From Ruditapes philippinarum (Eukaryota): a DNA stretch of 64,000 nucleotides. The notes under the pieces were generated by a model. It saw only the letters and a program-made list of their open reading frames with translations. It was not told where the DNA came from and did no database searches. Positions 12,801 to 25,319 of this stretch are shown here, piece after piece. The stretch lies in contig NW_026855015.1 of the NCBI RefSeq assembly GCF_026571515.1, positions 1-64,000 on the forward strand, in the 5' to 3' direction. Each line of letters opens with the position of its first letter. Positions within the stretch are counted from its first letter, which is position 1. Position numbers and translations under genes: made by a program.

Positions 12801-13618
12801 TCCTTAGTCCACTATTCTTGTTGTTGTTGGGCGTCCGTCTGTACAGTATACTTTTCCTTATCGGGAGAATTATGAAAAACTTTGAATTAGAGGTACGTTT
12901 TTAACTACGTACAGTAAAGCTCAGGTTATAGTGAACTTGTCCAGATTATGACTTTTTTATATGCTTTGTCCGAGATTTTGATAAAAAAGTTTACCACTTT
13001 TGGGAGATTTGACTGGTAATGTCTACTTTAGTAAAAATATTTAAGAGTAATTGCCTTGATGAGGAGTTATTGCCCTTTGATAAGAATATCCAGAGATTTT
13101 AAATAGATATTGATAATTGATTGACAACTTGTTTACTGATAATTAATTTAATAAACATTGGCATCAAATGACAAATGAAACAGAGTGTTTATAACTTCAT
13201 TGAGTATATTTACATTGTAGTTAGAAATATCTGAGCATGATTAGCATTTAACAATAACGTTTTTATTACTGTGATATGAGAATAGATGTTTTTTTTATAT
13301 TAATAATAAAATTTTCAAAAATATTTCATCAAATTTCAGACAGAGGAGTCCTATTTAGAAGAATTGCAGACAGAGTTATCACCCTTTAAATCTCCGTTTA
13401 TTGTGAAATGTTCCATGATATTTATGATAACTCAGTTTACCACGAGACTGTATTACCAGTGTAATGGCGTATCAGTATTACCAGCATGGTTAGACTCACT
13501 TTTACCAGAAGATATTCTCTTCGGCAGGATGTTTCAAGTCATTGTGTTGAACAGTTTCTATATTTGGAGATTATATTGTGCTGATAATTGGCAGTGGAAT
13601 GACTGGTTCTCTGCTTGA
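6815..13618 (+). CDS. multipass membrane protein, ICE2-like (ICE2/SERINC superfamily), 381 aa, 8 exons
   Basis: Exons 6815-6985, 8093-8323, 9283-9374, 10170-10240, 11031-11145, 11993-12051, 12765-12892 and 13340-13618 are GT-AG and splice to 1146 nt in frame. There are about 9-10 hydrophobic segments. Motif order resembles yeast Ice2: LVTIP; SDPVLLAVE; WKVLLSVFS; EGIISD; LSPLFLLLLGVR; CSMIFMITQ. The gene model is solid; the family call is from memory. Confidence 0.75.
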
Positions 13619-13850
13619 AGAAGAAATTTGTCTGGTTCTCTGCTTGAAAAAGAAATTTGTCTGGTTGTCTGCTTGAAGAAAAAAATTTGTCTGGTTCTCT
13701 GCTTGAAAAAGAAATTCATCTGGTTCCCTGCTTGAAGAAGAAATTTGTCTGGTTCTCTGCTTGAAGAAGAAATTTGTCTGGTTTACTGCTTGAAGATGAA
13801 ATTTGGTTGTCTGCTTGAAAACAGAAATTTGAATAGTTCTCTGCTTGATA
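13603..13850 (+). repeat. 29-bp tandem repeat (about 8.5 copies) starting across the stop codon
   Basis: Unit CTGGTTCTCTGCTTGAAGAAGAAATTTGT; the first unit contains the codons W-F-S-A-stop. Confidence 0.9.
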
Positions 13851-14971
13851 TAATGCTTCAAGTGAAGGAAACATGAAGTGTTTTTTTTTTTTTTGATAGC
13901 AAAAAGGTTAATGGTTCTCTGTTAAGAAATAATTTGTTTTTGATCTTTTTGTTTGAAAAATTGCTTTTGAATAATTTTATTTTTTTAGAGTTTAATTAAG
14001 TTCAGAAGTCAGAATACGGGAGTAATATTTTAGAATAGTTTTTACTGTCTTATTATTTGCATTATTTTAAAGGCTCATGATGCCTAAGAAATTTATTTTA
14101 ATTTTTTCAAAAACTTCTTTTTTTTAAGTGTGTCAGGGGCAAGTGTTATGGTTTCAAAAATTACACATTGGCCAAGTACCTGAACCATCTTTTGCTTCCG
14201 TTGCTATCTGGTAATTAGTTTAAATATGGTAATTAGTATTTTGAATGAAAGTCAAAATACTTCTTTGTTTACATTTTTGCTACTTTTCAAGTTTTGTGAA
14301 AAATAATCACACATTCACACTCTATTTTCTTTATGTGATAAGCATCTAACATTCTCAAAACCATTATTTTCTAAGGGGAGAAAAAATATTAGTTTCATTG
14401 ACATAATGTGCCATTAACATTCTGAAAAAGGGGATATAGGTCAAGATTAATGATTTATATATAAATGTTGCATGGCTACTTTCTGTGGTTATTATTTGAT
14501 TTCTATACTATTCTCATTCATGCAAATTCATAATCTTTGAGTTTATTTATGCAGTCTTTGCAATCCAAATCAGGGTATTTTTTTTATCCATTTTCCTTTG
14601 ATGAACATGTGAAGTGTTTTGTTAAAAAATGTTTCAAGTATTTGTACAAGTTTTTACAAAGGCAAAGAAGGAAAGTGACCTGACCTAAAAGAGCAAAAAA
14701 CTCAATTTCACAGTCAGATGACTTAAATAGTAGAATGATGCCTCCCAATTTTTTTTCAACAATTTGAATAAATCAGGATACTCTTTAAGAAAACATCCTC
14801 TTGAATTTTAATTAAAGCTGTGGCTAAATTAAATTTTCCTTTGCCTTTATAAAAAATAGCACTACACCTTAAAACGTCTTTAACTTTTCACTGCTCATTA
14901 TTACTAATATTTTTATATGACATAATGATTTAAATTTGAAATCTGTTTTGTTTTGCTGTACTTTAAATGTA

Positions 14972-15150
14972 TACAGTCTAACCTCCAGTAAAGACCATCT
15001 ACAAATTATGACCATCCTGTAAATGTAGGCCATTTGCGACAACTCTCCATTGATTTATTAGAACAGAGTAACTTCCAAATAAAGACCACCTGTCTATAAA
15101 GGTCATATTCAGTCTCTCCTTAGGGTGGTCTTTGTTGTCCTTAGGGTGGC
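14972..15150 (+). mobile_element. Tc1/mariner-type MITE fragment
   Basis: TACAGTCTAACCT start, with repeated AAAGACCA(T/C)CT sub-repeats and an inverse GGTGGTCTTT. Confidence 0.45.
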
Positions 15151-15154
15151 TACT

Positions 15155-15383
15155 ATCCTTGAAATTGGTCTGCAAGTTTGTTTTGATGATTTCCAGGTCA
15201 AGTTCAAATATGGGTCACCTGGAGTCAAAAACTAGGTCACACTGCCAAAATATGGATAAATCATGTGAACACTCTATAGGTCACAATTTTTACTCAATTG
15301 TCACCTAATTTGGTCTAAGTAATTGCTCGGATAAGTTTGATGGGTCAGGTGAGCGATCTAGGGCCATCTTGGCCCTCTTGTTT
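15155..15383 (-). mobile_element. Helentron/HINE-like element end
   Basis: CAGGTGAGCGATCTAGGGCCATCTTGGCCCTCTTGTT: a subterminal repeat plus a short palindrome. It is the inverse of the left end of the element at 26237. Confidence 0.6.
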
Positions 15384-15877
15384 TACAACGCGACCAGTTG
15401 CTTTTCAACAATCTAGCAAAAGCAGAAATTTTGATAAGACCCGTAGCTTTTCAGAGATATGGATTGAGGCAAATTTTGAGAAAATAGAATTGATGATAAT
15501 TGATGTGAATATTTTATTATTGATCTGGTTACATGTATTTTGTTATTATTTTTCTGTACTTTTATATGATGAGGAAATCTCAATAAACTTTACATTTGTG
15601 GTATTTGTTCTTCTTTCGTTCTGTTAATTTCGAGAAAAATCAGAGTTGCCCGCTAAGCTGCAAAGGGAGAGCATCGGGTTTTATAATCTATTGGTCGCAG
15701 GTTCAAGCATTGGGCAAGGCAAAATTCTCCATCACAGTTGATCTTCCATATTGAGTCTTACAGTCATTTGTCTCTCACTACTGATTTATTAAACATGTGG
15801 GATTTGTAATTGGTCAACGTTTTACATGCCAATTTTTGAGAGGCTGCTGAAAGTTTGCAAAGTGTCGCTTTCTTTCT

Positions 15878-16232
15878 TTAAGGAACTCAACTGCGGTTCA
15901 AAAGCATAAAAACATAACATTGGAATTTTTACATAGAACAAGTGTGACAATTTACAACAGAAAGATATCCATAAGATTATCAAGAAATATACTCAAAAAT
16001 ATGTAAATAATTGTATTTTTGTGAAATTTGTAGCCCAATTTGTGTGAAAAGCATTGCAAATTTTGGGTCATTTTTCTTGATTAGAAAAACTACTCTGGAA
16101 AAACAGAGTAAGTGAATGATCTGAAAGTTTGAATTAAAGTTTTTGGTCAAAACTTACATTAAACGGAACATAGATCCTGAAAAATTAGTTCAAGTTCCCT
16201 CATGTCAAGAATTCTCTGTGGAGTCCCTTTAA
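15878..16232. mobile_element. TTAA-flanked MITE (Kolobok-like)
   Basis: TTAAGGAACTCAAC ... GTGGAGTCCCTTTAA imperfect TIRs. A related right end GTAGAGTCCCTTTAA lies at 63886-63900. Confidence 0.6.
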
Positions 16233-17380
16233 GTTATCCAGGAAAGCCTGTAAGTGAGACCCAGCGCCAGGATAAGACAACAAAATTAAAATTGGTGAAT
16301 ATGTAGACTGACCAAGCTCTTTACTATCGGCTGCTTCATTATAGCACATGTATTTTGATAGTGTAAAACCTTAACACATACACCACTATACATCTTTTAT
16401 GGACTCGTCCATCAAAACAGTTCCTTGTTTTTAGGGAAAACTTCACCATAAATGCTGTCTTAACAGTGCAGACCATGATGGTTATCACAGATAATCTTGA
16501 TCTGCATTGATCGCATAGGTAGATGCAACTGCCACCAGCAGACTAAGGTCACATTTACTTTATTTATGTCTTGTACATATATTTCTGGCCTTCAATCTTT
16601 AACAGGCTGGTCTGAGTAAAGGCTAGCCACTGTTGGGTTCCAGACAGGCTCAAAGCTCAATTGTAATGAGATATGCAAGAATATTTGAACCACTTTGGTT
16701 GTAAACCTGAATCTCAACAGCACTGGTGACATTCGAGGAAAGAAGACACTCGTATAATAAAACATGACAGTTTTATTTTTATAGAAATAAAGATAATCTT
16801 TAACTTCTACGACATATAAAGGTACATGTATATAATATACAAAGAATATATGAAATGAGGATAATCTATAACTTCTGAGTACATATAAAGGTGTAATATT
16901 CACAGAATAAATGATATATGTATTACAAAGCATTCTTTAAGTAGAATCAACATAAATCATTGTACTTAATTGTATGATCAATCCTTTTAAACAGAATGGA
17001 AATGATTCCTTTAAAAACGAGTTACTTGCCCTTTGCATGAAGCACAGAAATGTATACTGTCATCTGTTGTATAAACAGATTATAGTTTTAATGATACCTG
17101 TCTATAATAAATTATAATGAGTAGTAATAAACAAAATTATGTCAATTTACCATATGTTCATTTTTACGTACACAACTGACTTAATTCAACATGTAATTCA
17201 GAAGAAATATTTAAGTGAAAGCATAGTAACGTCCCTTGACTTAAGTTACACCATTTGTCAAAAGGTCTGTTCTAATTATACAATATTTAAAAGAAGATAT
17301 AGTTATACAACTTGTTTTTTTATTCACACCATTTGTTAAATGTCTTAACTGTTTAATAAACAAAGTTACGTCCCTTGATT

Positions 17381-20300
17381 TCAGCGATATTTAAATGAAA
17401 ACATAGTGATGTCCCTTGTTTCTTGTTCCCACCATTTGTCAAACGCCTCATTCTGTGCTACTGTAAACCAGTTCCGCCAATCTCCTATCTTACCTTGAAT
17501 AAGCAAATAACAGTTTTCGAGGTCGTTAATTGCATTTAATATGTTGCGAGATTTTATGGAATTTTAAACCATAACAATATGTAATATATTGATACAAAAA
17601 AGTTTGTTTCGTTGGTTTTACGGCACACTAACACAGTATAGGTCATATGGCACCGAAACAGGAAATACCATTTTGATTTACCTCGGGTGTTACAAACTTC
17701 AAAGCAACTTAAGGAGGTCAAAACCACCACACTTACTGGAGATAATAGATACATAGACTTCAGTAATTCGAACCCATTTAGTCGCCTCTTACGACCGCAC
17801 AGGGTAGACGGTGGCTGCAATTCCTAAGCTTCAACAATTAAAGACAACCCCTCAGTCACAAAGGACAAACATTGAAATAATTTGTTTAATGTTATGTCTG
17901 TTGATTTAAATAAAGATTAAGCCACTGCTGTCGGTTGAAATTTGAAAAGTCACATTAGATTAGATCTTAAAAGTGTTCATTGCAATAACACTAATGTAAA
18001 TAACGGAACCAGACTCCTTATAAATTATATAAAATAATTGCATGAAATAACTATAAAACAACCTCACCTTTTCTAAATACGGAAAAGTCATGCTTGGTCA
18101 TCTGTCCCATTCTTACTTTTATTTCTTCAGGTAATTTGTCCATCTTTCCCTTTCGTAGTTTATCAATTTGGCAGTTTGAGACGATTTGTTGCAAGTCTTC
18201 ATCACTTACATCGTTACCAAGAAACTTGCATACCTTTTTCATCTCCCCTTGACAATCCTGTTCAAATATAAAAACATGGACCTGTATAATAATTAAATAT
18301 ATGTAATACAAGTCTCTAAATAAAAGTATCTGGTAGAAATGATATAAACATTATTTTTTAACTTTAAAGCTGCACGCCTCCAGATGAACCAAAATATTTC
18401 AAGAAAATCAAATTTGAGAAAAAAAAGTACTGGGATTTTAAGAAAATCAAAAAAAATAAGATTATAGTAATAATTTCAATGTTATGTGTGATTAATGACT
18501 AATTTTGCAGTATTTTTAACTATTTTTATACTGCCTAAGTAACGAAATGCTGTTTGCAATGTAGAAATTATTATCTTAGTTCACTTCACAATATTTTACT
18601 CTTCTATGCATTTTCTCAATTTTCATGAAAAAAAAGCATAAATCTGGAGGTGTGCTGCTTTAAACCAGCATGTTTGGAACTTGCATTGCTTTAGTTCGAT
18701 GCATGTTCATAAGAATCAGGAGATTGTGATCTGGCCTTCTGTCCGTCCAGTTAAGTAGGACAGATATGCTCTTGGCCTATGAAACCTGTCTTCTTTTTGC
18801 AGTCAGGGCATATAACATATATAGTTTATGTATATCTGTTTATCATTTTCGACAAAACCCAATCTATTCCACAATCTTTAATACACAGTACAAAGAACCT
18901 GTCTAGAATTGCCTTGGAGAGTTTATATAAGGCAATGTTATAAGCGCGTGCGCAAGGTTATCAAGGAATCCAATCAATATACGTCATAACTCTGTCACAA
19001 TATTTCAGTAAACTTTGAAAGAATTAACAAAATAAATTTTACTTTTTCAAATGTTTAAATTATCATGTACATCTTGGATTTATAATGATTCTTATATCTC
19101 AGTGTACATGTATGCCATTAATTTATACTGCTTTCTTGTTGCTAAATATAAAGTTTACCTGATGCAGGTTTTCGTAATATACCAGATGAATGGGAACATC
19201 TGCATTTTCTTTCATAAACGTCTGCCATTCTCGTAAATATTCGGGATAAGAACCATAGTCAACTGTAAAAAAACCCTCTTAACAGCAATTACAAAAATAT
19301 GGAACAATTACAAACACCATTTGGAACAATTACAAACACCATATAATTACAAACACCATTTGGAACAATTACAAACACCATTATCATGGGAAAAATTACA
19401 AACAACATTATGGAACAATTTTAAACACTATATGGAGTAATTACAAACACCATAATTATGGAGCAATTACAAACACCATATATATGGAGCAATTACAAAC
19501 ACCATATGGAGCAATTACAAATACCATATGGAATAATTACAAAACCATATGGAACAATTACAAACACAATTTGGAACAACTTCAAACACCATTTGGAAAA
19601 TTACAAACACAAAATTATTGAACAATTAAAAGCACCATATGGAACAATTACAAATACAATATGGAACAATTACAAACACCATATGGAACAATTTCAAATA
19701 CCAAATGGAACAATTACAGACACAATTTGGAACAACATATGGAACAATTTCAAACACAATATGGAACAATTACAAATATAATTTGGAACAATAACAAACA
19801 GTATAAGGAACAATTACAAACAGTATAAGGAACATTTACAAACGGTATATGGAAAAATAACAAACAGTATAAGGAACAATTACAAACAGTATAAGGAACA
19901 TTTACAAACGGTATATGGAACAATTACAAACAGTATAAAGAACAATAAGATATCATATGGATATAAACGCCTTACCTTCACCCCTCATGAACATCTGCAA
20001 GAAGTTCTCAAACTTTCCGTCGTAGTCATAAAATGATAGACCTCTTGTATGATTGTAGAACGAGACAGCAACGTCCTTGGGATTTCTTACCAATAATACT
20101 ATTTTCAACTTTTTCTCTATAACATCCTGTGAGTAAAAGACATTTTTTTTCAAATTTTCAATTACGACCTCCTCTATATCGATGAACTTAGTTTAGTTTC
20201 AAACATACAGCAACAAACAAACAAATAACTGAAATAAGCACTTGAAAATATTTATCTATGTAATGATTGGCAGGACCAATAGTGGGGGAAATTGTCTGAC

Positions 20301-22412
20301 GGAGGGAAAAAGGGGGACAGTACGAAACATGTAACAGTCCGTTTCTTTTCTTTTTTTTTCAATTCAACTTGTGAAAAATGCCATTATTTTTATGTCATAT
20401 TCTGTCTCACAATTGTTATTTCTGATAAAATAGACCTTAAAATATTTATCTTTTACTTTTGGAGGGGAATTTTCCACAGAAATAATGGAAAATATATATG
20501 CTTTCTTTGGACAGGTACTGGCATGCGAGCAGTTCCCGTACAAAAATCGTAGTCACTTAAACATTATTTTTTTTTTACGCTCACTCACCAAAATTTGAAT
20601 GTTACATATCAATATTCGGCTCGTCACACAAATCATGGAAATTCCATCATGTTCTAAACATAGAATAACCCTTAGTTATGAGGCCTCATATGGGGTACAG
20701 AAATTATCCATTATTTTGTATGAAGAGAAGTAGTTCCCGTACATAAAATTTAACCCATTATAATTATACAATTTTATTTTATCGGACCTATTTTTCATTT
20801 ATAATTGTTGAACAGACCATTTTCTAAGAGATAAATATATATAGATGTAATTCAGGAAATAAAAAGTAGACTAAACGAGTGTATCTATTACCCGGTACCG
20901 TTACCCTCCAACGCATTCACATGCGATGGCATGCTTGTATACATGATATTTTAAGCATCAAAGCCATAAAATTATTTTATATAGTAATATTGGTCAAAAT
21001 TCTGATAATTAAACAAGTTTTCATCACATTGCCTTCTTATCTGTAAACAGGTGGTATTAGTGTAAACCCCTTAAACATGCCTCACGCGTAAGTATGTTTG
21101 CGCATGCGCGCAAGGACGGAATCCCCCAGATAAAACAAGGTCACGTTTTGACAACGCACAGGTGAAAGTGATTTAAAATGAGACTTTTTATACGTACTGC
21201 CGAACTGACACTTAGATTTTGTCTCGTTTATGTATCTGCTTGATTTGAAATGAATTTTTGAAGAATGCATGTAAAAATCAAGCGTTTAAATGAAAAATAC
21301 GGGTACTGCTTCTGTACGGGAACTGCTCGCATGCCAGTACGGGCCGACCGTTGGCCCAAAATTTGCCTTAAAACTTACTGAACTTTCTAATACGATAATT
21401 GTTTACCTTTGGCAAGTATTTGACTTTCAAATGAGAATTCAGAACCCTTGGTTGTGGCAAATTTTCGGTGTATTCGATTGGCGAGGCGTCTATCATATTT
21501 TGACCTTTTTGAACTTCTGTGATGTCACATGTCCCTTTCTTCACCAAATATATCATCTCCCATAGCCAATGAGTTCCTTTGAACATAAAATAAAATGTGT
21601 ATCTACGAGGTATGTACATTCTATCTGGAAGCAGGGAATAAGCGCTGGTAATAACCGCGGACTTTTTTTGCTTTTAAAGTGACTTATAAAGCTAGATCTC
21701 TGCTGCTATTTTAACTTTGAAAGAGAATGCTTCCAAAATTTCTGTATAAAAGAATTCCAAATAATTATGTTAGCATATTTCCTTAAAAGTAAATTACACA
21801 TGCACAAAATAATAAATTAAAAAACTATAACTAGTAATAATATACATAATAATACATAACATTTTGTTCCGGGACATTTTATTTTGTTAAAACGTACACT
21901 TTTATGAAATAACGTTGAAATTCTCTGTTTTTACTCTTTCGTGAATCATCTATTAGATTAAAGAGAGAAACAATGTTATTTTACTGTTAACAAATTGAAA
22001 AAAATATTTCATTAGATATATACTTCTATATAATATTCTCCAATGATCTGTCACATTTCAAAAATGTACGATGTTCCGTTCGTGCCACTGCCTATGAATA
22101 ACGCGAAAAATCGATAGCAATGAACGGATTTTTCTCGTTTCAAATTTCTTTCGTTCTAGGCAAGGCCCTTACGGAACACCGTAAAAAGCCCGTTGTCAAT
22201 CGCAACTTGATTGCATAAGTACCTGTTTTCGGATAAGATTCTAAAAAATTATCGCCATCTTTGCATTTTATAATCGGTATCTTGTTGAATAGTTCCTGAT
22301 GTACTTCAAATGGATATGCAAATGTACATTGTCTGTATCCATTTTCTTCATCGACCACGTCATAAGTGATGTTGTCACCGTCTGGGACGTCCTTAAATAC
22401 GTGTCTTGGCAT
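17381..22412 (-). CDS. cytosolic sulfotransferase (SULT1-like), paralog A, 305 aa, 6 coding exons
   Basis: Exons 22223-22412, 21407-21576, 19976-20126, 19159-19262, 18068-18257 and 17381-17493 splice in frame. 5'-PSB YPKTGTHW, catalytic His in RVLNSHL, 3'-PB RNPKDVAVS, and FRKGKIGDWRNWFT. Confidence 0.93.
17598..17870 (-). mobile_element. SINE family B
   Basis: The minus strand reads GTCGTAAGAGGCGACTAAATGGGTTCGAATTAC...GTGGTTTTGACC...AGTTTGTAACACCCGAGG...CCATATGACC...CCGTAAAACCAA. Same family as 36750-37013, with a tail resembling family A. Confidence 0.65.
18364..18663. mobile_element. TTAA-flanked MITE (Kolobok-like)
   Basis: TIRs TTAAAGCTGCACGCCTCCAGAT / ATCTGGAGGTGTGCTGCTTTAA. Confidence 0.75.
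19285..19947. repeat. about 22-bp minisatellite filling SULT-A intron 3
   Basis: Unit TGGAACAATTACAAACACCATA, about 30 copies, with a CAGTATAAGG variant block at the right end. Confidence 0.92.
20516..21339. mobile_element. MITE with perfect TIRs and TA target duplication
   Basis: TA|CTGGCATGCGAGCAGTTCCCGTACA ... TGTACGGGAACTGCTCGCATGCCAG|TA, in SULT-A intron 2. Confidence 0.85.
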
Positions 22413-22608
22413 TATTATCTAAAATATATATGCAAAAACACGTATATAAATTTGCTGTTTTGTGTGGTAATATACATAGAATCAATAAATCAGTAAGTAA
22501 AGTATTGATTAAATTTAGATAAATAGTAAACTGTAGCCTATTGACACAAGTAAAAACAACAACAACAGCTAGGCTATCAAATCTATATACTGTGCACACA
22601 TATAGATA

Positions 22609-22840
22609 GAGGATATTGAATGAGCGTAAGTATTTATTGAATAAGCATAATATTATTTTATAACGAATTCAATAAATTCACCAATGAACCTACACAGATA
22701 TATTTAATATTCTATTTATCACATGTGCAAAACGAAACATGTTTAAAGTAACAAAAAATCATTTCTCATTGCCTATAATGTGTATTGCTAACATTTAGCA
22801 GTGCAAAGCCATTTTACGGGCACGGGTATGTGATAAATAT
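22609..22840. mobile_element. internally deleted copy of the 906-1281 element
   Basis: Shares GGATATTGAATGAG, TTCAATAAATT, AATATTCTATTTATCAC and GTGATAAAT. Confidence 0.55.
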
Positions 22841-25319
22841 ATCGAGTTTAGATACTATAAAATGCATTGGCTGTCAATATAATTCATATGCTGTTCAGCT
22901 TAATAGCAATATAAATAGACTGAGATAACATTGTGTATAATAAAGTTTATAAAAACATCAGTTATGTGTTATACCTGGGACATATGACAAGTTATCTTAT
23001 GTCCCAGGTTATACATACATGTTTAAAAATAATAATTAAGCCTTAATTTATTACTAGGAAAAGGTAATCTTACAATGAATTTTAACGTTATAAATGTTTT
23101 ATTAATGTCGATAATAATTATATAGCTAGACGCTGTAAAAATATGAAACATTTTCAAAATCGCTAATATTATTAAGTTTAATTGATACATATGTATGTAT
23201 ATACATGTATAAATGGTATAGTACATACTGTGCATCTCTTAGTTCCCGGTACTTAACACTTTGAACCCAAAAAGAAAACAACAAACCATGAATTTTATGG
23301 TACAAATTGTCACAAGCTATAATAATATAAGTATTTTCTGCTGTATGGCACAAGGAAACAACAATATATTCAGTCAATTTTTATGGACTGAACGTAGACC
23401 ATATGTCGGCCAGTAAAACAGTAGATATATGTCATCATTTAAATCGCGTTAATGGTGTTACATCTAAGTTTTTCATGTTTAAGTTAATATTTCTACATGT
23501 AATTTTGCAATTTTAAATATTGAAATTATCCTTACTTTGTAACTCAAAATTTATTTTTTTTAACAAATGATGAGTGTTTCAGACATACGCACAAATTAAA
23601 ATGGACTATTGTTGCTTTTTTGTAGAAATTTGTAAAATGTTGTTCTGTTTTACGTAAAAATATAGATTTACAATATTTTACACAAAAACTCTGTTGTTTA
23701 GGTGTATGAATAAAATATGTCAATTCTGACCAATTTTTACCCTTGTCTCATGAAAATATGCCATTACCGTGAAATAAGTGATGACACGGAATTAGTGATG
23801 TTGAGTATATAAGTGTATTCACCCAACAAATTGTAGCAAATTGTATCATATCAGTCTTCAATGCTGTCGAAAAATTGAGACTAATACATGTATGTGCTGT
23901 TTTATTTGGATTTAGATGTGTTTGGATCTCCACTGGATAAATCAGGCATGTTGTAAAATACGGATCAATAGATCATCAGTAAAAAATCGCCACCACAAAT
24001 TTAATATAAAATTATAGGTTATAGGCCTTACATCTATCATCATCTAAGTCTGATAATCGCCTCAAAATAATGCTCACGTACCACTCTCTACGCTACGCGC
24101 TTGATGCGAAGTCGGCCATATTGGGTTAGTTTTTATTTTGAATTGAAAGTTACTTTTTCTTCAGTATACATTACGGATTTCATACTCATATAATTTTACA
24201 GTAGATCTAGAGCAAGATATACGCTTAGCAGTAATGTCTGGTTAGTCGGAAATACGCAAGTTTATAAAGTTAACGCAAAATAGCACACATTATCAGTTTA
24301 TCAAAAAAAGTACATTTGTTTAATTATATTTTAATAGATAGTTATAGCAGTAATGTATGCATAAAATATCAGTTGAATACTTAAAATAAATTAGAAAAAT
24401 CTACCTTTTTTATGAATCCGTAGATCCGCTACTTTTAAAAAAAAGCCTCTATTATCTATGTGTGATAGTTCAAGTGTAAATCAAAGTGCTGAAGGCACTG
24501 CAGTTGGGACGTATGAAGGATCAAATAACTATTTTTTCTATTTCGGGGCAGATAATTCAATGAGTGAAGGTTGTTGCCGGTTGATAAATATAAAGTGCAC
24601 AATTCAGTAAATGAACAGTAGTTGATACAATTATTCTATGGCACACATGTTCAAATATAATATTTAGGTTACATGTACGTGTAGGTCGATCATAAACCGT
24701 TATTGGCCTTTTTTGACAAGAGCAACAAGTGAAATTAGAGCTACCAGAGGAAACTGCAAGCTTGACTATTTTAACACATGACATTATAAAGGGAGACAAA
24801 GCTATGAAAAAATAATCAATTGTGATATATATCAAATTTTTTGTATCAGTATCAAGTAAACACTCAAATGGTCAATATTTTTTGCATCACATTATATGAA
24901 TGTGACCATGTCATTAGAACTTATAATGGCCTTTGTTTACTGCAATTCTCATGCTAATCTCTTTCACTGTATAACGTTTATAAAGTTTCAATCAAATTCC
25001 TTCAATATTTTAATCCTCTCTCAGAACAGTATCATGAAATATATACGGAGATAATTCAAAAACTAAGTAATGTAGAATTTTGGTTATTTGACACAAGACT
25101 TCTGCTCACTAGTCTCTACAACTGTATTTAGTTTGAGTGTGATATCATTGAAAAGATTAACTCCAGACAATCATTATTTTAAAAGTTGTTGTAAAAAAGT
25201 TGCTTTAAAAGTGATCACAGGAAACAGTTTTTATGAACAGACAGACAGACGGACTGAAGGACACTCTAAAGTTAATATTTGAAACATCCCTGTTACCAAA
25301 ATATAACATTTTAAAAGCA

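Noticed and set aside
13616-13618. selenocysteine recoding of TGA stops
   Set aside because: No recognisable SECIS downstream, and the stop falls where the family alignment ends.
13571-13861. 96-aa minus-strand ORF overlapping the ICE2-like 3' end
   Set aside because: It is a translation of the 29-bp tandem repeat.
19159-19262. apparent frameshift in SULT-A exon 4
   Set aside because: Careful reading gives an intact 104-nt exon (DYGSYPEYLREWQTFMKENADVPIHLVYYENLHQ), the same size as in SULT-B.
19458-19781. 107-aa repetitive ORF
   Set aside because: It is a translation of the 22-bp intronic minisatellite, antisense to SULT-A.
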